From positions 1-64,000 of the forward strand of contig JBBDYA010000085.1 of NCBI GenBank assembly GCA_040902005.1: a DNA stretch of 64,000 bases, read 5' to 3'. Below, one piece after another: positions 18,783 through 29,336 of the stretch. A program made the translations under genes and the position numbers. The notes beneath the pieces were generated by a model. It made no database searches and was not told the DNA's origin. It saw only the letters and a list, made by a program, of their open reading frames with translations. Each line of letters starts with the position of its first letter. Position 1 is the stretch's first letter. Source of the DNA: Gemmatimonadaceae bacterium. Lineage in GTDB: Bacteria > Gemmatimonadota > Gemmatimonadetes > Gemmatimonadales > Gemmatimonadaceae.

Positions 18783-20096
18783 TCAGCTCCGAACGGACGA
18801 TGGCGGCGACCAGGCGTCGCGCACGGCGAGCGTCTTCCGGTACGCCGGCATGCCAATGATGAAGAGCGAGATCGCTCCGCACATGCCCACCACATTCACG
18901 ATCGCGAGCGCCTGCGGCAGCGCCGCGTCGGTGCCGAATCCGTACTCCGCCACCGCGGCCACCGACCACGGCCCCACCGCGGACGCCACGAGACTCAGGA
19001 CGAAGAAGTAGATCGCGACGCCCTGTGCGCGCATGCGCGCGGGCATGATCTCCGCCGCGGCGGCGGAGGCCGCTCCCCACGGAAATGCCGCGAAGAAGTT
19101 CACCACCACCAGCCAGCCGACCACCACGCCCGCCGATCCGGCGAGCGGATACGCCGTGGCGGACACGAGCATCCCCATCGCCCCGATCGCGCCCACGCGA
19201 AGCGCGCCGTCGGCATGCCCTTGCCGGACGAACGAGTCCGCGAGACGCCCGCCGGCGAGCACGCCAAGGACGCCGAGCGTCATCGTGAGCGAGCCCTGCA
19301 CCATGCCCGCGCGCGCCGCGGACCACCCGTGCGTCTGGATGAGGAACGTCGCAAGCCACGCGGCGATCCCATAGTTGACCGTCGCGGAAAGGGCGAACCC
19401 GAAACTGTGGCAGGTGAACGTCCGGGAATTGTCCCGAACGTATCGGAACAGCGTGGAGACGGGCACCGTTCCCGTGCTGCGATCCTGGCGCTCGGGTTCG
19501 CGCACCGTGAGCATCAGCAGCGCGATGAGCAATCCCGGAAGGCCCACGACGATGAACACCGTCTGCCAGGGACGAATCGAGCCGATGAGCGGCCAGTGCC
19601 ACGCCTCCTGCTCCGAGAGGAGGCCCACGACCCAACCGCCGATGAAATACGCGAGCCCCGACCCGAGAAAGACGCCAAGCGCGTACACGCTCATCGCCCC
19701 CCCGAGTTTGTCTCGTGGGAAGTAGTCCGAGATGAGCGACGTCGCTGGCGCCTGGAGCGCCGCTTCGCCGACACCGACGCCGATGCGGGCGAACAGCAGC
19801 CGCCAGTAGGTGCCGGCCAGCCCGCAGAGGGCCGTCATCACGCTCCAGAGCGCGATGCCTACCGCGATCACGTTCCGGCGGTTCCCGGAGTCGGCCAGCC
19901 GCGCGATGGGAAGGCCCATCAGCGAATAGAAGATCGCGAAGGGCAGACCGATGAGATAACTCATCTCCGTGAGCGACAGCCCGAGATCGCGTCGGATCGG
20001 CACGACGAGCAGCGACAGGATCTGGCGGTCGATGAATCCGGAGACGTTGGCGAGCGTGAGCACGGCAACCACGTACCACGCGTAGCGCCGGCTCAC
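18783..20096 (-). CDS. MFS transporter (Spinster-like)
   Basis: FIDRQILSLL, ARLADSGNRR (motif A), GVGEAAL; about 12 TM segments. Confidence 0.92.
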   Translation of the reverse strand: MSRRYAWYVVAVLTLANVSGFIDRQILSLLVVPIRRDLGLSLTEMSYLIGLPFAIFYSLMGLPIARLADSGNRRNVIAVGIALWSVMTALCGLAGTYWRLLFARIGVGVGEAALQAPATSLISDYFPRDKLGGAMSVYALGVFLGSGLAYFIGGWVVGLLSEQEAWHWPLIGSIRPWQTVFIVVGLPGLLIALLMLTVREPERQDRSTGTVPVSTLFRYVRDNSRTFTCHSFGFALSATVNYGIAAWLATFLIQTHGWSAARAGMVQGSLTMTLGVLGVLAGGRLADSFVRQGHADGALRVGAIGAMGMLVSATAYPLAGSAGVVVGWLVVVNFFAAFPWGAASAAAAEIMPARMRAQGVAIYFFVLSLVASAVGPWSVAAVAEYGFGTDAALPQALAIVNVVGMCGAISLFIIGMPAYRKTLAVRDAWSPPSSVRS

Positions 20097-20121
20097 TCGT
20101 GCTCCCGCCGATGCGCCACGG

Positions 20122-21351
20122 TCATCGAGTGGCCGCGAGCACCCGCTCCATCAGTCCGTCCAGCGCGTTCCCCTGAATCCAGCGCACCACGACCACGAGA
20201 TCGTTTTCCGGATCGCAGATGATGGCGTTCGTACCGTTCCCCAGGTGGTAGTACGTGGACTCCGGCGCGCTGGGCAGGCGACGCTTCCCAGTATTCAGGA
20301 AGAAGTTCATGAAGCCGTAGCCCGGCTGCGCCGTGGTGGGCGTGCGCGACTGCCGGATCCACTGCTCCGAGATCACCTGCCTGGAGCCCCACCGTCCATT
20401 GCGCAAGGTGAGCAATCCGAAGCGGGCCTGATCGTACGCGCTGATGAACAGGCCGCCCCCCCAGTGGCCGCCGCCGGACACCGACTGGATCAGGCGCCCG
20501 TCCAGCACCACCCATGAATTGTCATAGCCGTACCAGCGCCACGTGGGCGACGCGCCGATGGGATCCATCACCAGCTCGCGCATCACCTCCGGGAGCGGCC
20601 GACGCCACACATTGAGCGCCGCGAGCGCGAGCACGTTGACCCGCGTGTCATTGTACTCGTAGGCCGATCCGGGATCCACGCGCTCCCGCGTCCACCAGGC
20701 GGCCGGCTGGCCGGTGGGCCGATCCGCCCACTCCGGCTTGCCCCACAGCGTGCCCTCCCAGTCGCTCGTCTGTTGCAGCAGATGGCGCCAGGTGATGCGC
20801 CGGTTGTGCGGCGTGTCGAACAACGCGATCGGGGAGCGCGCGTCGAACAGTCCCCGTCCGCCCTCACTCGCGAGCGCCGGCAGCGTTGCATGCAGCACGG
20901 GCGCCATGTACGCGTGCACGGAATCGTCCGCGCTGCGGATCATGCCGCGGTCCACGGCGAGCCCGACCACGGTGGAGACGAAGCTCTTCGTGACGCTGAA
21001 CGTCATGTCCACGCGGCTCGGGTCTCCCCACTCGGCGACGATGTAGCCGTTCCGGATGATGATCCCGGTGGGTTCTCCGCGCGGCGCGAATGGTCCGACG
21101 GCGCCGCCGAACGGCTCGCGTCCGAAGGACTGGTAGTGCGCCTCCTCGAGATTGCGAGGCGATCCGGATTCGCGCTCACGAGCAAAGGCGATCGCCGCCT
21201 CGAGCTTCGTGGCATCCATGCCCACCTGCGCCGGACTGCGCCGCTCCCAGCCGTTTCCTGCGCCGGGAACATAGCTGGAGGTCCGCTGCGCGTGCGCCCC
21301 GCCAGAGAGCAGGACCACGCCGATGACCGCGATCACACACTGTTTCATCAT
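20122..21351 (-). CDS. Serine hydrolase, beta-lactamase/transpeptidase fold, exported
   Basis: FSVTKS (SxxK), YEYND, signal peptide from MMKQ. Confidence 0.85.
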   Translation of the reverse strand: MMKQCVIAVIGVVLLSGGAHAQRTSSYVPGAGNGWERRSPAQVGMDATKLEAAIAFARERESGSPRNLEEAHYQSFGREPFGGAVGPFAPRGEPTGIIIRNGYIVAEWGDPSRVDMTFSVTKSFVSTVVGLAVDRGMIRSADDSVHAYMAPVLHATLPALASEGGRGLFDARSPIALFDTPHNRRITWRHLLQQTSDWEGTLWGKPEWADRPTGQPAAWWTRERVDPGSAYEYNDTRVNVLALAALNVWRRPLPEVMRELVMDPIGASPTWRWYGYDNSWVVLDGRLIQSVSGGGHWGGGLFISAYDQARFGLLTLRNGRWGSRQVISEQWIRQSRTPTTAQPGYGFMNFFLNTGKRRLPSAPESTYYHLGNGTNAIICDPENDLVVVVRWIQGNALDGLMERVLAATR

Positions 21352-21467
21352 GATGCCTGGGAAAGAACGAGGCTTCAACGTACGGACACCCTGCCGACGC
21401 GGAAAGAGAGCACCGGTTGCGTTGGAATGATGCTGGTTTCCCCACCGCGAGGACCAACCTTGCGGCC

Positions 21468-21989
21468 ATGCCATACACACTCTGGCTGCGCGGCCGGTTG
21501 ATCGGTGAAACCGATTTCGACCACGCCGGACCCGGCCCATCGCAGCGCGTCGGCATCCTTCGACCCACCGATCACGGAAGCGACGTCCTTCCCGAACTCA
21601 CGGGGATGCTGTCCGCGACGCTGTCGCTCAAGCGGGCGATGGAGCGCCGCGGGCTCCGAACAGCCAGCGACAACGCGCCGGGCATCCTCCAGGCGCTCGG
21701 CGGCACGCGCGAAGGCCAGCGCGTCATCGAGCTCAGTCGGGCGCTGGCGCAAGTGGAGCTCCGCGATCCCGCGGGGCATTCCGTCAGCGTGCAATCCATC
21801 GCGGTCACCGACGCTCGCGAACTCGCCGGCCTCGCCCGCTCCCTGCACCTCGGCACCAGCGATGACCTGGAAGCGGCGGCGATCGTGGCACCACGATTTC
21901 TCGTTTCCGCGACGATGGCCATGTACGCCGGCACGGGAACCGCGCCGCGGCGAACGCAGCCGCGACTGAGACCCCGTTGGCGGCGCTAG
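21468..21989 (+). CDS. Hypothetical protein
   Basis: Fills the gap between two minus-strand genes; globular-looking MPYTLWLRGRLIGETDF start. Confidence 0.65.
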   Translation: MPYTLWLRGRLIGETDFDHAGPGPSQRVGILRPTDHGSDVLPELTGMLSATLSLKRAMERRGLRTASDNAPGILQALGGTREGQRVIELSRALAQVELRDPAGHSVSVQSIAVTDARELAGLARSLHLGTSDDLEAAAIVAPRFLVSATMAMYAGTGTAPRRTQPRLRPRWRR

Positions 21990-24900
21990 CGACCCTCGGC
22001 GTCGGCGAGCCGGGACAACTTGCGGCGCACTTCGGCCACCCTGGGTTGCAGCGACGGGTCCGGGTTGTCCCACAGCGCCAGAAACTCGCGGTAATACTCG
22101 GCGGCCTTCGCCACGTTGCCCGTCTGTTCGTGCAACTCCCCCAAGCGGCGGAAGCGCAGGGCCTTCTGCGCGGCATCGAATCCCTGCCGCCCGAGGAACG
22201 GCGTGTTGAAGAATTTCTCCATGTAGTAGATGGCAGAGTCCGCGACGCCTCTCCGGTCCCAGGTTTCCGCGATGTCATCGAGGATGCAGACGCCGCAGGC
22301 GCCGTTGGGCCCGTCGTACGTAGTGTCGGACCGCCACAGCAGGCGCAGCGCTTCTTCGTGGCGCCCTTCTGCGCGCGCGATGAGACCGCGGGTGGCGTTG
22401 AACCCCGGCTCGCGCGTCCGCAGCTCGGTGCTGTCCGTCCATTCAGCGATGTCGGCCTGGAGGAACGCGCGCGCACGCGCCACGTCACCCACTTCAGCAT
22501 AGAACCCCGCCAGGCCGCCGTAGGGACGCTGGCCTTGCGGCAGCGCGCGCAGGTCCGTTCTCGCGAGCACCGCGTTCATGCGGGCCACCGCGCGGGCCGT
22601 ATCCTGATGCCACATGAGATCCAGCCAAGACATCGAAAGTGAATCGGAGATGGCCGGTTGTGGCTGGCCGCCCAGCGTCTGACTGATGCGTTGTGCCTCC
22701 CGTCCGTAGCGCTGCGTCTCGCTGTACCGGCCGCGCAGCAGTCCGTAGGTGGCCAGGCCCCCGGCGCCATGCACCTTGAGGATCGGATTCGCGCTGGCGT
22801 ACAGCGCGCGAAGCGAGCGCTCGAGCGAGTCCAGTTGATTGCGATAGTACAGGAAGTTGAGCGGAGCCGTGGCGACAAACAGCGCGGTGGGATAGAGCCG
22901 CGAGGCCTCGGCAAAGTAGCGCTCCGATTCGTCCGGCTTCCCCCCATTGAAAAGAGCGCCGGCCAGATTCGTGTACTGCTGCGACGTGGCCCGGCCTTCG
23001 GCGATCGACGCCTTGAACAGTGACTCCGCGCGCGCAAGGTCCCGGCGCCCGATGAGGATGGTGGCGAGGTTGTTGGCCGCGCCCGATTCGGTTGGATCGA
23101 TCGCGAGCAACCGCTCGTACGCCTGAATCGCGCGGCGGCGGTCGCGCCCGGGCCCGAGATGGTAGTACGTCCCCTCGGCCATCAGGCGTTCGCGCTCGGT
23201 GAGGCGCGAGCGGAACCGGTAGGCCTGCTCGAGCGCGCTGTCCACACGCGAGCGGGGCATGCCCGAGTTGTTCAGCGCCACGCCCAGCTTGCGCCACGCC
23301 ATCGCGAACGCCGTATCGATGCGCACCGCCTCGCGCAGGCGCTCGGCGGCCTCGATGGGATTGCCGCCCATGTCGATCGAGCGCGCGGCGTCGGCGTAGA
23401 TGCGCAGCGCTTCCAGCGATGGCGTTGTCACCTGCTCCAGCGGTTGGCTACCGCGCACGTCCCGCAGCGACTCGCCGATGCGGCCGCGCAGCTTGCGTGA
23501 GAGCGCGTCGATCTTCTCCAGCAGCTGGCCGGGGGTGTCTGCCGTCTCCTGATAGGCGGCCAGGGCGTTCGCCGAGTCCACGCTGACGAGCCGCATGGAG
23601 ACGACGAAGCCGGCGCCAAGGGGCCGGATGGCGCCGTCCACGATGGCTTTCACGCCTTCGCGCTGGGCAATCTCGCGCGCCAGCGCCAGATCCAGCCGGC
23701 TCGCCGCCGGCCGCTCCATCCGCTGGAGGGCGGCGCTGATTGCGATGGGGGGCATGATCGATATCACGCGCGACTGGCCGAGTGTCGTGCGCACCGCCTC
23801 GGTCACCAGGGTGCTCAGGGAAGTGTCCGGGGCCTGGAACTCGACCACGATGATGCGCTCGCGATCGCCCAGTTTTCCGGACGCCAGGAGTGACCCCGCC
23901 GGCCCGATACCCATGGCGCGAAGCGACATGAAGCCGCCGACGAGGAGCACGAACGCGCCGAGCGCGACGGCACCACCCATCCAGGCGCGCTGGACGTTGA
24001 GGTGCGGGCTGGCCTTGATCGCAAGCGTTGCCATGGTGCCGTGGCCGGCCGGTGATCCGCCCGGTGTCATCGCTGGCGTGGACGTCGCCAGCCGGCGCAC
24101 CGTGCGACTCACGTACCAGGCGAACAGGATGACCGGCAGCCCCAGGGCCATCACGACGATCGCTCCGGGAAATACCCAATCCGGCAACCCGAGTGCGATG
24201 ATCGCCGCGCGGGCCACGATGGCGACGCCGACAAACGCCGCCGCGTAGAGCGCCAGCGTCTTTCGCAGCATCCCGGGACCGCCGATCAGAACGCCCGGCA
24301 TGGACGTCATGCCGGTGCTCGTGATCGCATCCAGCGCCTGCACCATGTCGAGCCCCGATTGCGGCCGATGCGCGGGTTCCTTCTCCAGACATCGCATGAC
24401 CAGTTGCGCCAGTGGCGCGGGGGTGTCCGGACGCACGTCCGCGATGTGCGCGGGCGCCTCGGTCATATGCGCCGCGAGCGTCCTGGCGGGCGCGCGTCCG
24501 TGAAATGGTGGCTGCCCCGTGAGAAGCTCGTACGCCATGCAACCGAACGAGTAGATGTCCGCGCGATGATCCACGCTGGGGTCGCCGGCCGCCTGCTCGG
24601 GCGACATGTACGATGGCGTGCCGATCGACGTGCCCAGCTGCGTGAGGGTCGCACCCTCCCGCTCCGTGCGAGCAGCAGAAATGGCCTTCGCGATTCCGAA
24701 ATCGGTGACCACCGCCGTTCCGCCGGAGAGCAGCACGTTGTCCGGCTTGATGTCCCGGTGCACCACGCCGCGCTCGTGCGCGTAGTGCAGCGCCTTCGAG
24801 ACGTCCCGCAGGATGCCGACCACCGTGCCAATGGCCAGCGGCCCGCCTGTGGCGAGCCGCGCGCGGATGGACTCGCCCTCGACGAAAGGCATCGTATAGA

Positions 24901-25162
24901 ACGGCAGCCCGTCGATCTCGCCGGCCGTGATGATCGGCACGATGTTCGCCTGCTGGAGCGAGGCCGCAACCTGGATTTCCCGCTCGAACCGCTCCACGCT
25001 CACGCCGGCCGCCAGCTCGGGCGACAGGACCTTGATCACGACCCGGCGGTTCAGCCGCCGCTCCTCCGCGACAAACACGCGCGACATGCCGCCGCCGCCA
25101 AGCTCCCGCTCGATGACGTACGAGGTACCGAGTGTTTCCTGGAGGGTATGTCGGAGGTCCAT
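21986..25162 (-). CDS. Hanks-type Ser/Thr protein kinase with membrane segments and TPR region
   Basis: LGGGGMSRV, HRDIKPDN, TDFGIAK, YMSPEQ; LGLPDWV hydrophobic block; TPR C-terminus. Confidence 0.93.
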   Translation of the reverse strand: MDLRHTLQETLGTSYVIERELGGGGMSRVFVAEERRLNRRVVIKVLSPELAAGVSVERFEREIQVAASLQQANIVPIITAGEIDGLPFYTMPFVEGESIRARLATGGPLAIGTVVGILRDVSKALHYAHERGVVHRDIKPDNVLLSGGTAVVTDFGIAKAISAARTEREGATLTQLGTSIGTPSYMSPEQAAGDPSVDHRADIYSFGCMAYELLTGQPPFHGRAPARTLAAHMTEAPAHIADVRPDTPAPLAQLVMRCLEKEPAHRPQSGLDMVQALDAITSTGMTSMPGVLIGGPGMLRKTLALYAAAFVGVAIVARAAIIALGLPDWVFPGAIVVMALGLPVILFAWYVSRTVRRLATSTPAMTPGGSPAGHGTMATLAIKASPHLNVQRAWMGGAVALGAFVLLVGGFMSLRAMGIGPAGSLLASGKLGDRERIIVVEFQAPDTSLSTLVTEAVRTTLGQSRVISIMPPIAISAALQRMERPAASRLDLALAREIAQREGVKAIVDGAIRPLGAGFVVSMRLVSVDSANALAAYQETADTPGQLLEKIDALSRKLRGRIGESLRDVRGSQPLEQVTTPSLEALRIYADAARSIDMGGNPIEAAERLREAVRIDTAFAMAWRKLGVALNNSGMPRSRVDSALEQAYRFRSRLTERERLMAEGTYYHLGPGRDRRRAIQAYERLLAIDPTESGAANNLATILIGRRDLARAESLFKASIAEGRATSQQYTNLAGALFNGGKPDESERYFAEASRLYPTALFVATAPLNFLYYRNQLDSLERSLRALYASANPILKVHGAGGLATYGLLRGRYSETQRYGREAQRISQTLGGQPQPAISDSLSMSWLDLMWHQDTARAVARMNAVLARTDLRALPQGQRPYGGLAGFYAEVGDVARARAFLQADIAEWTDSTELRTREPGFNATRGLIARAEGRHEEALRLLWRSDTTYDGPNGACGVCILDDIAETWDRRGVADSAIYYMEKFFNTPFLGRQGFDAAQKALRFRRLGELHEQTGNVAKAAEYYREFLALWDNPDPSLQPRVAEVRRKLSRLADAEGR

Positions 25163-25297
25163 GAGGTGGCGGGGCGGGGTGGGAGTCCCTCGGCGAGCCG
25201 GACGTTTTGCTCCGGCGCGGTGGCACCCTGGTTCTTAAGGTAGAATTCGGCGCACTTCGCGGCCAGAGCGAGCGCTGCAGAACTCGTTGTGAATTCG

Positions 25298-25312
25298 TGG
25301 CATAGGGACTGC
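25298..25312 (+). promoter_or_regulatory. Putative sigma-54 -24/-12 promoter
   Basis: TGGCATAGGGACTGC (GG-N10-GC) about 50 nt upstream of the 25361 CDS. Confidence 0.55.
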
Positions 25313-25360
25313 CTCGGTGTATAACGGGCGTGTTCCGGTAATCAATCCCTTTTTGACCGA

Positions 25361-26545
25361 GTGATGTCTGTGCTGCAACGCATTTGTCTGACGATGGGCC
25401 TATTCGCCCTGGCCGCCTGTGGCCGCGATCCCGCGGCGCACGCGGATACCACCCCGGATTCGACCAACAGCAACGTCGGTGGCATGACCAGACGCGACAG
25501 TGCGGCCGGTTATGTCACGGAAAGCCAGGATCCCGTGCGCCCGAGGGATTCCTCCAGGGCAGCCAGGACGAAAGACAGCGCGCGAACGGCTGGCGACACC
25601 ATTCCTGACCCCGCCGCGGACTCGACGGCGCCCGCGCTGAACGTGACCATGGCGCCGGGCCGTTTCAAGCGTGATTCCCTCTCGCTGATCTACACGCTTC
25701 GTGCGGCGAACAAGCACCCCGGGTGGCCTGTGAAGGGACCGGCACCGGCTCCGGGCGCGTTGCTGCCGAACAAGCGGATCGTGGCGTACTACGGGAATCC
25801 GCTCTCGAAGCGTATGGGAATTCTCGGAGAGATTCCGCCGGACCAGATGCTGGCCAGGCTGGAGGCGGTGGCGAAGGAATGGGAGGAGGCGGATCCCGAG
25901 ACGCCGGTGCAGCTCGCGCTGCATCTCGTGGCGGTCGTGGCGCAGGGGGCCGCCGGCAAGGACGGCAAGTACCGGCTGCGCATGGATTCGTCGCTCATCG
26001 AAAAGGTGTACGGGTGGGCTCAGCAGAAGAACGCGCTGCTGTTCCTCGACCTCCAGATGGGCCAGAGCACCGTGCAGGAAGAGCTACCGCGGCTCATGAA
26101 GTGGCTTGAGCGCCCCGACGTGCACCTCGGGCTGGACCCCGAGTTCAACATGCACCACGACAAGGCCGGCGTGGCCCCAGGGAAGAAGATCGGCACCCTC
26201 GCGGCCTCGGAGATCAATCACGCGATCAGCGAGCTGTCGGCGCTCGCCAGGGCCAAGGGGATACCTCCCAAGGTGCTGGTGATACACCGCTTCACGCGGC
26301 CGATGGTTCGTAACGCCAGCCAGATCAAGCTCGACCCCTACGTCCAGGTGGTCATCGACATGGATGGCTGGGGCGCGCCCTGGCTCAAGTTCGACTCGTA
26401 CAAGGACTACGTGGTGAACGAGCCGGTGCAGTTCGCGGGATTCAAGATCTTCTACAAGAACGACACGAAGAAGGGCGACAAGATCCTCACGCCGGGCGAA
26501 CTGCTGCAGCTGAAACCGACGCCGATGTATATCCAGTACCAATGA
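25361..26545 (+). CDS. Conserved hypothetical lipoprotein
   Basis: Lipobox LAAC, low-complexity linker, then a globular domain (RIVAYYGNP, LGLDPEF, DMDGWG). Confidence 0.8.
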   Translation: MMSVLQRICLTMGLFALAACGRDPAAHADTTPDSTNSNVGGMTRRDSAAGYVTESQDPVRPRDSSRAARTKDSARTAGDTIPDPAADSTAPALNVTMAPGRFKRDSLSLIYTLRAANKHPGWPVKGPAPAPGALLPNKRIVAYYGNPLSKRMGILGEIPPDQMLARLEAVAKEWEEADPETPVQLALHLVAVVAQGAAGKDGKYRLRMDSSLIEKVYGWAQQKNALLFLDLQMGQSTVQEELPRLMKWLERPDVHLGLDPEFNMHHDKAGVAPGKKIGTLAASEINHAISELSALARAKGIPPKVLVIHRFTRPMVRNASQIKLDPYVQVVIDMDGWGAPWLKFDSYKDYVVNEPVQFAGFKIFYKNDTKKGDKILTPGELLQLKPTPMYIQYQ

Positions 26546-26622
26546 CACCACGGCTGGCGCCGTGGAGGACCGCGGGGCTGCCAGCGGGAGACGGACGCGG
26601 CCGGACGCGGCTAGATTCCGGA

Positions 26623-28494
26623 GTGACCTCGCCCGCCACGACCGCCACTGAAAAGAAGAAGAAGATCGATGCCGGCCGCGCCTGGAAAGAGGCGCGCGAC
26701 CTCATGGCGCGGCACAAGCGGTCCCTGGCGATCGGCTTCTCGCTCATGCTGGTCAACCGGACCGCGTCGCTGGTGCTGCCGGCGAGCTCGAAGTACCTCA
26801 TCGACGACGTGATCGGACAGCAGCGCGCCGACCTGCTGCTGCCCCTGGCCCTGGCGGCGCTCGCCGCGACGGTCATTCAGGCAGTGACCGGTTTCGCGCT
26901 GTCACAGGTGGTGTCCATCGCGGCGCAGCGGGCGATCACCGAGATGCGCAAGTCGGTGCAAATGCATGTGCTGCGGCTGCCGGTCTCGTACTTCGATTCC
27001 ACCAGGACCGGTGTTTTGATCTCGCGGATCATGAGCGATGCCGAGGGCGTGCGGAACCTGGTGGGCACCGGCATCGTGCAGCTGGTGGGCGGATTTCTCA
27101 CGGCCACCGTCGCGCTCGGCGTGCTGATCTGGCTGAACTGGAAGCTCACCGCGATCACGCTGTTCATTCTCGTGGCGTTCGGCGGCATGATGGCGATCGC
27201 GTTCAAGCGGCTTCGGCCGATCTTCCGGGAGCGCGGCGCGATCAACGCGGAAGTCACCGGGCGCCTTGCCGAGACGGTGGGGGGCATCCGCGTCGTGAAG
27301 GTCTACACCGCCGAGCGTCGCGAACAGCTGACGTTCGCGCGAGGCGCGCATCGATTGTTCCGCAACGTAGCGAAGACGATCACGGGCACCTCCGCCGTGG
27401 GCTCCGGCGTCATGGTCATCACCGGGATCATCGGCGTGCTGATGATCCTGATGGGCGGCCGCGACGTGCTGGAAGGGCGGATGACGCTGGGCGACATGAT
27501 GATGTACGTCTTCTTCGTCGGGATGGTCGCCGCGCCGCTGGTCGGGATCGCGTCCATCGGCACGCAGATCACGGAGGCCTTCGCCGGGCTCGATCGCATT
27601 CGCGAGATCCGCGACATGACCACGGAAGACCAGGCCGACGCCTCGAAAGCCGCCGTTCCGGAGGTGGAGGGCGACATCGAGTTCCAGGGCGTGTGGTTCG
27701 AGTACAATCCCGGCGTTCCAGTGCTCAGGGACCTGTCCTTTCACGCGCCCGCGGGAACCACCACCGCGCTCGTGGGATCGAGCGGCGGGGGCAAGAGCAC
27801 GCTCGTGAGCCTGGTCATGGCCTTTTCCCGGCCCCGGGACGGGCGCATCCTGGTGGATGGCAAGGACCTGGACACGATGCGGCTGCACGAGTTCCGCTCG
27901 CACGTGGGTGTGGTCATGCAGGACAACTTCCTGTTCGACGGCACCATTCGCGAGAACATCGCCTACTCGAAGCCCGGCGCCACGCTGGACGAGGTGGTCG
28001 CGGTGTCGCGCATCGCGCACGTGGACGAGTTCGTCGACGGCTTCGCCGACCGGTACGACACCATCGTCGGCGAGCGCGGCGTGAAGCTCTCCGGGGGGCA
28101 GCGCCAGCGCGTGGCGATCGCGCGTGCCATTCTGGCGGACCCGCGCGTGCTCATCCTGGACGAGGCCACGTCGTCCCTGGACAGCGAGAGCGAAGCCATG
28201 ATCCGGGACGGACTTCGCAGCCTGCGGCACGGCCGGACCACGTTCGTCATCGCCCACCGGCTCTCCACCATCGAGAGCGCGGACCAGATCCTGGTGCTCG
28301 AGGCCGGTGCGATCGTCGAGCGTGGCACGCACCATGAACTGATGAAGCTTGGGGGCCGATACCGCGAGCTCCACAACCGGCAGTACGGCGTGGAGCGGGA
28401 CGTGTTCATCAACCCGGGCGAGGACTTCCTCCCCGTGCCAGCGTCGCCAAAGGACGAGATTCACGCGCCGGTCCGATCCAACACCGCGCTATAG
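26623..28494 (+). CDS. ABC exporter, fused permease/ATPase (MsbA/MdlB-like)
   Basis: TM domain, GSSGGGKST, LSGGQRQR, ILDEATSSLD; GTG 5 nt after TAGATT. Confidence 0.93.
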   Translation: MTSPATTATEKKKKIDAGRAWKEARDLMARHKRSLAIGFSLMLVNRTASLVLPASSKYLIDDVIGQQRADLLLPLALAALAATVIQAVTGFALSQVVSIAAQRAITEMRKSVQMHVLRLPVSYFDSTRTGVLISRIMSDAEGVRNLVGTGIVQLVGGFLTATVALGVLIWLNWKLTAITLFILVAFGGMMAIAFKRLRPIFRERGAINAEVTGRLAETVGGIRVVKVYTAERREQLTFARGAHRLFRNVAKTITGTSAVGSGVMVITGIIGVLMILMGGRDVLEGRMTLGDMMMYVFFVGMVAAPLVGIASIGTQITEAFAGLDRIREIRDMTTEDQADASKAAVPEVEGDIEFQGVWFEYNPGVPVLRDLSFHAPAGTTTALVGSSGGGKSTLVSLVMAFSRPRDGRILVDGKDLDTMRLHEFRSHVGVVMQDNFLFDGTIRENIAYSKPGATLDEVVAVSRIAHVDEFVDGFADRYDTIVGERGVKLSGGQRQRVAIARAILADPRVLILDEATSSLDSESEAMIRDGLRSLRHGRTTFVIAHRLSTIESADQILVLEAGAIVERGTHHELMKLGGRYRELHNRQYGVERDVFINPGEDFLPVPASPKDEIHAPVRSNTAL

Positions 28495-28527
28495 GCCGTC
28501 GAACTCCTGGCGGCCGGGCGCCAGGGA

Positions 28528-29328
28528 GTGCTTCGAATGGCAGCTGGTCGTGCAGGACTCATGGTGCTGGGACTGACGCTGCTGTGCGGCGCGCCCCACG
28601 CGGCCCGGGCGCAGGAGACGCCGGAGCTGCTCACGTCCATCTCCGAATCGCGACTCTTCGCACCGGGTGAGCGACTGACCTATTCCGTTCGCGTCGGCGC
28701 GTTCGGTCGTGGCAGGGCGGTCGCGGAAATCATCGGCGCGGACACGCTGCGCGGCCGGACGGTGTACCACACGATTTTCAAGTTGGATGGTTCGCTCCTC
28801 TTCTTCAAAGTGAACGACCTGTACGAGAGCTGGTTCGATCCCACCACGCTCGTGTCGCTGCGCTATCACCAGAACATCGACCAGGGTCCGTACGAGCGCG
28901 ACCGGCGATTCGAGATCTTTCCCGAGCGCGGCACCTACGTGGACGCGAACGACGTGGAGTTGCCCACGGTGATGCGGCCACTGGACGACGGTGCCTTCCT
29001 CTACTTTCTGCGCACCATTCCGCTGGAAGTCGGCCAGACGTACACGTTCAACCGCTACTTCAAACCGGATCGCAATCCGGTGACGATCGTGGTGGTGCGC
29101 CGCGAGCGCATCCGCGTTCCAGCGGGTGAATTCGACGCCGTGGTGCTACAGCCCAAGATCAAGGCGAAGGGCATCTTTGCCGAAGGCGCCAACGCCGAGG
29201 TATGGATCGAGGATGGCGGCTCGCGAATGATGCTCCAGATGAAGACGCGCCTGCCCTTCGGTGGCGTCACCTTTCAACTGAGCAGGCGCGAGATCGTGCC
29301 CGTGATCGCCGCCGCGTCCCCGCGCTGA
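28528..29328 (+). CDS. DUF3108-like exported protein
   Basis: Signal peptide, GERLTYSV, ERIRVPAGEFDA. Confidence 0.75.
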   Translation: MLRMAAGRAGLMVLGLTLLCGAPHAARAQETPELLTSISESRLFAPGERLTYSVRVGAFGRGRAVAEIIGADTLRGRTVYHTIFKLDGSLLFFKVNDLYESWFDPTTLVSLRYHQNIDQGPYERDRRFEIFPERGTYVDANDVELPTVMRPLDDGAFLYFLRTIPLEVGQTYTFNRYFKPDRNPVTIVVVRRERIRVPAGEFDAVVLQPKIKAKGIFAEGANAEVWIEDGGSRMMLQMKTRLPFGGVTFQLSRREIVPVIAAASPR

Positions 29329-29336
29329 TCCCTGGC

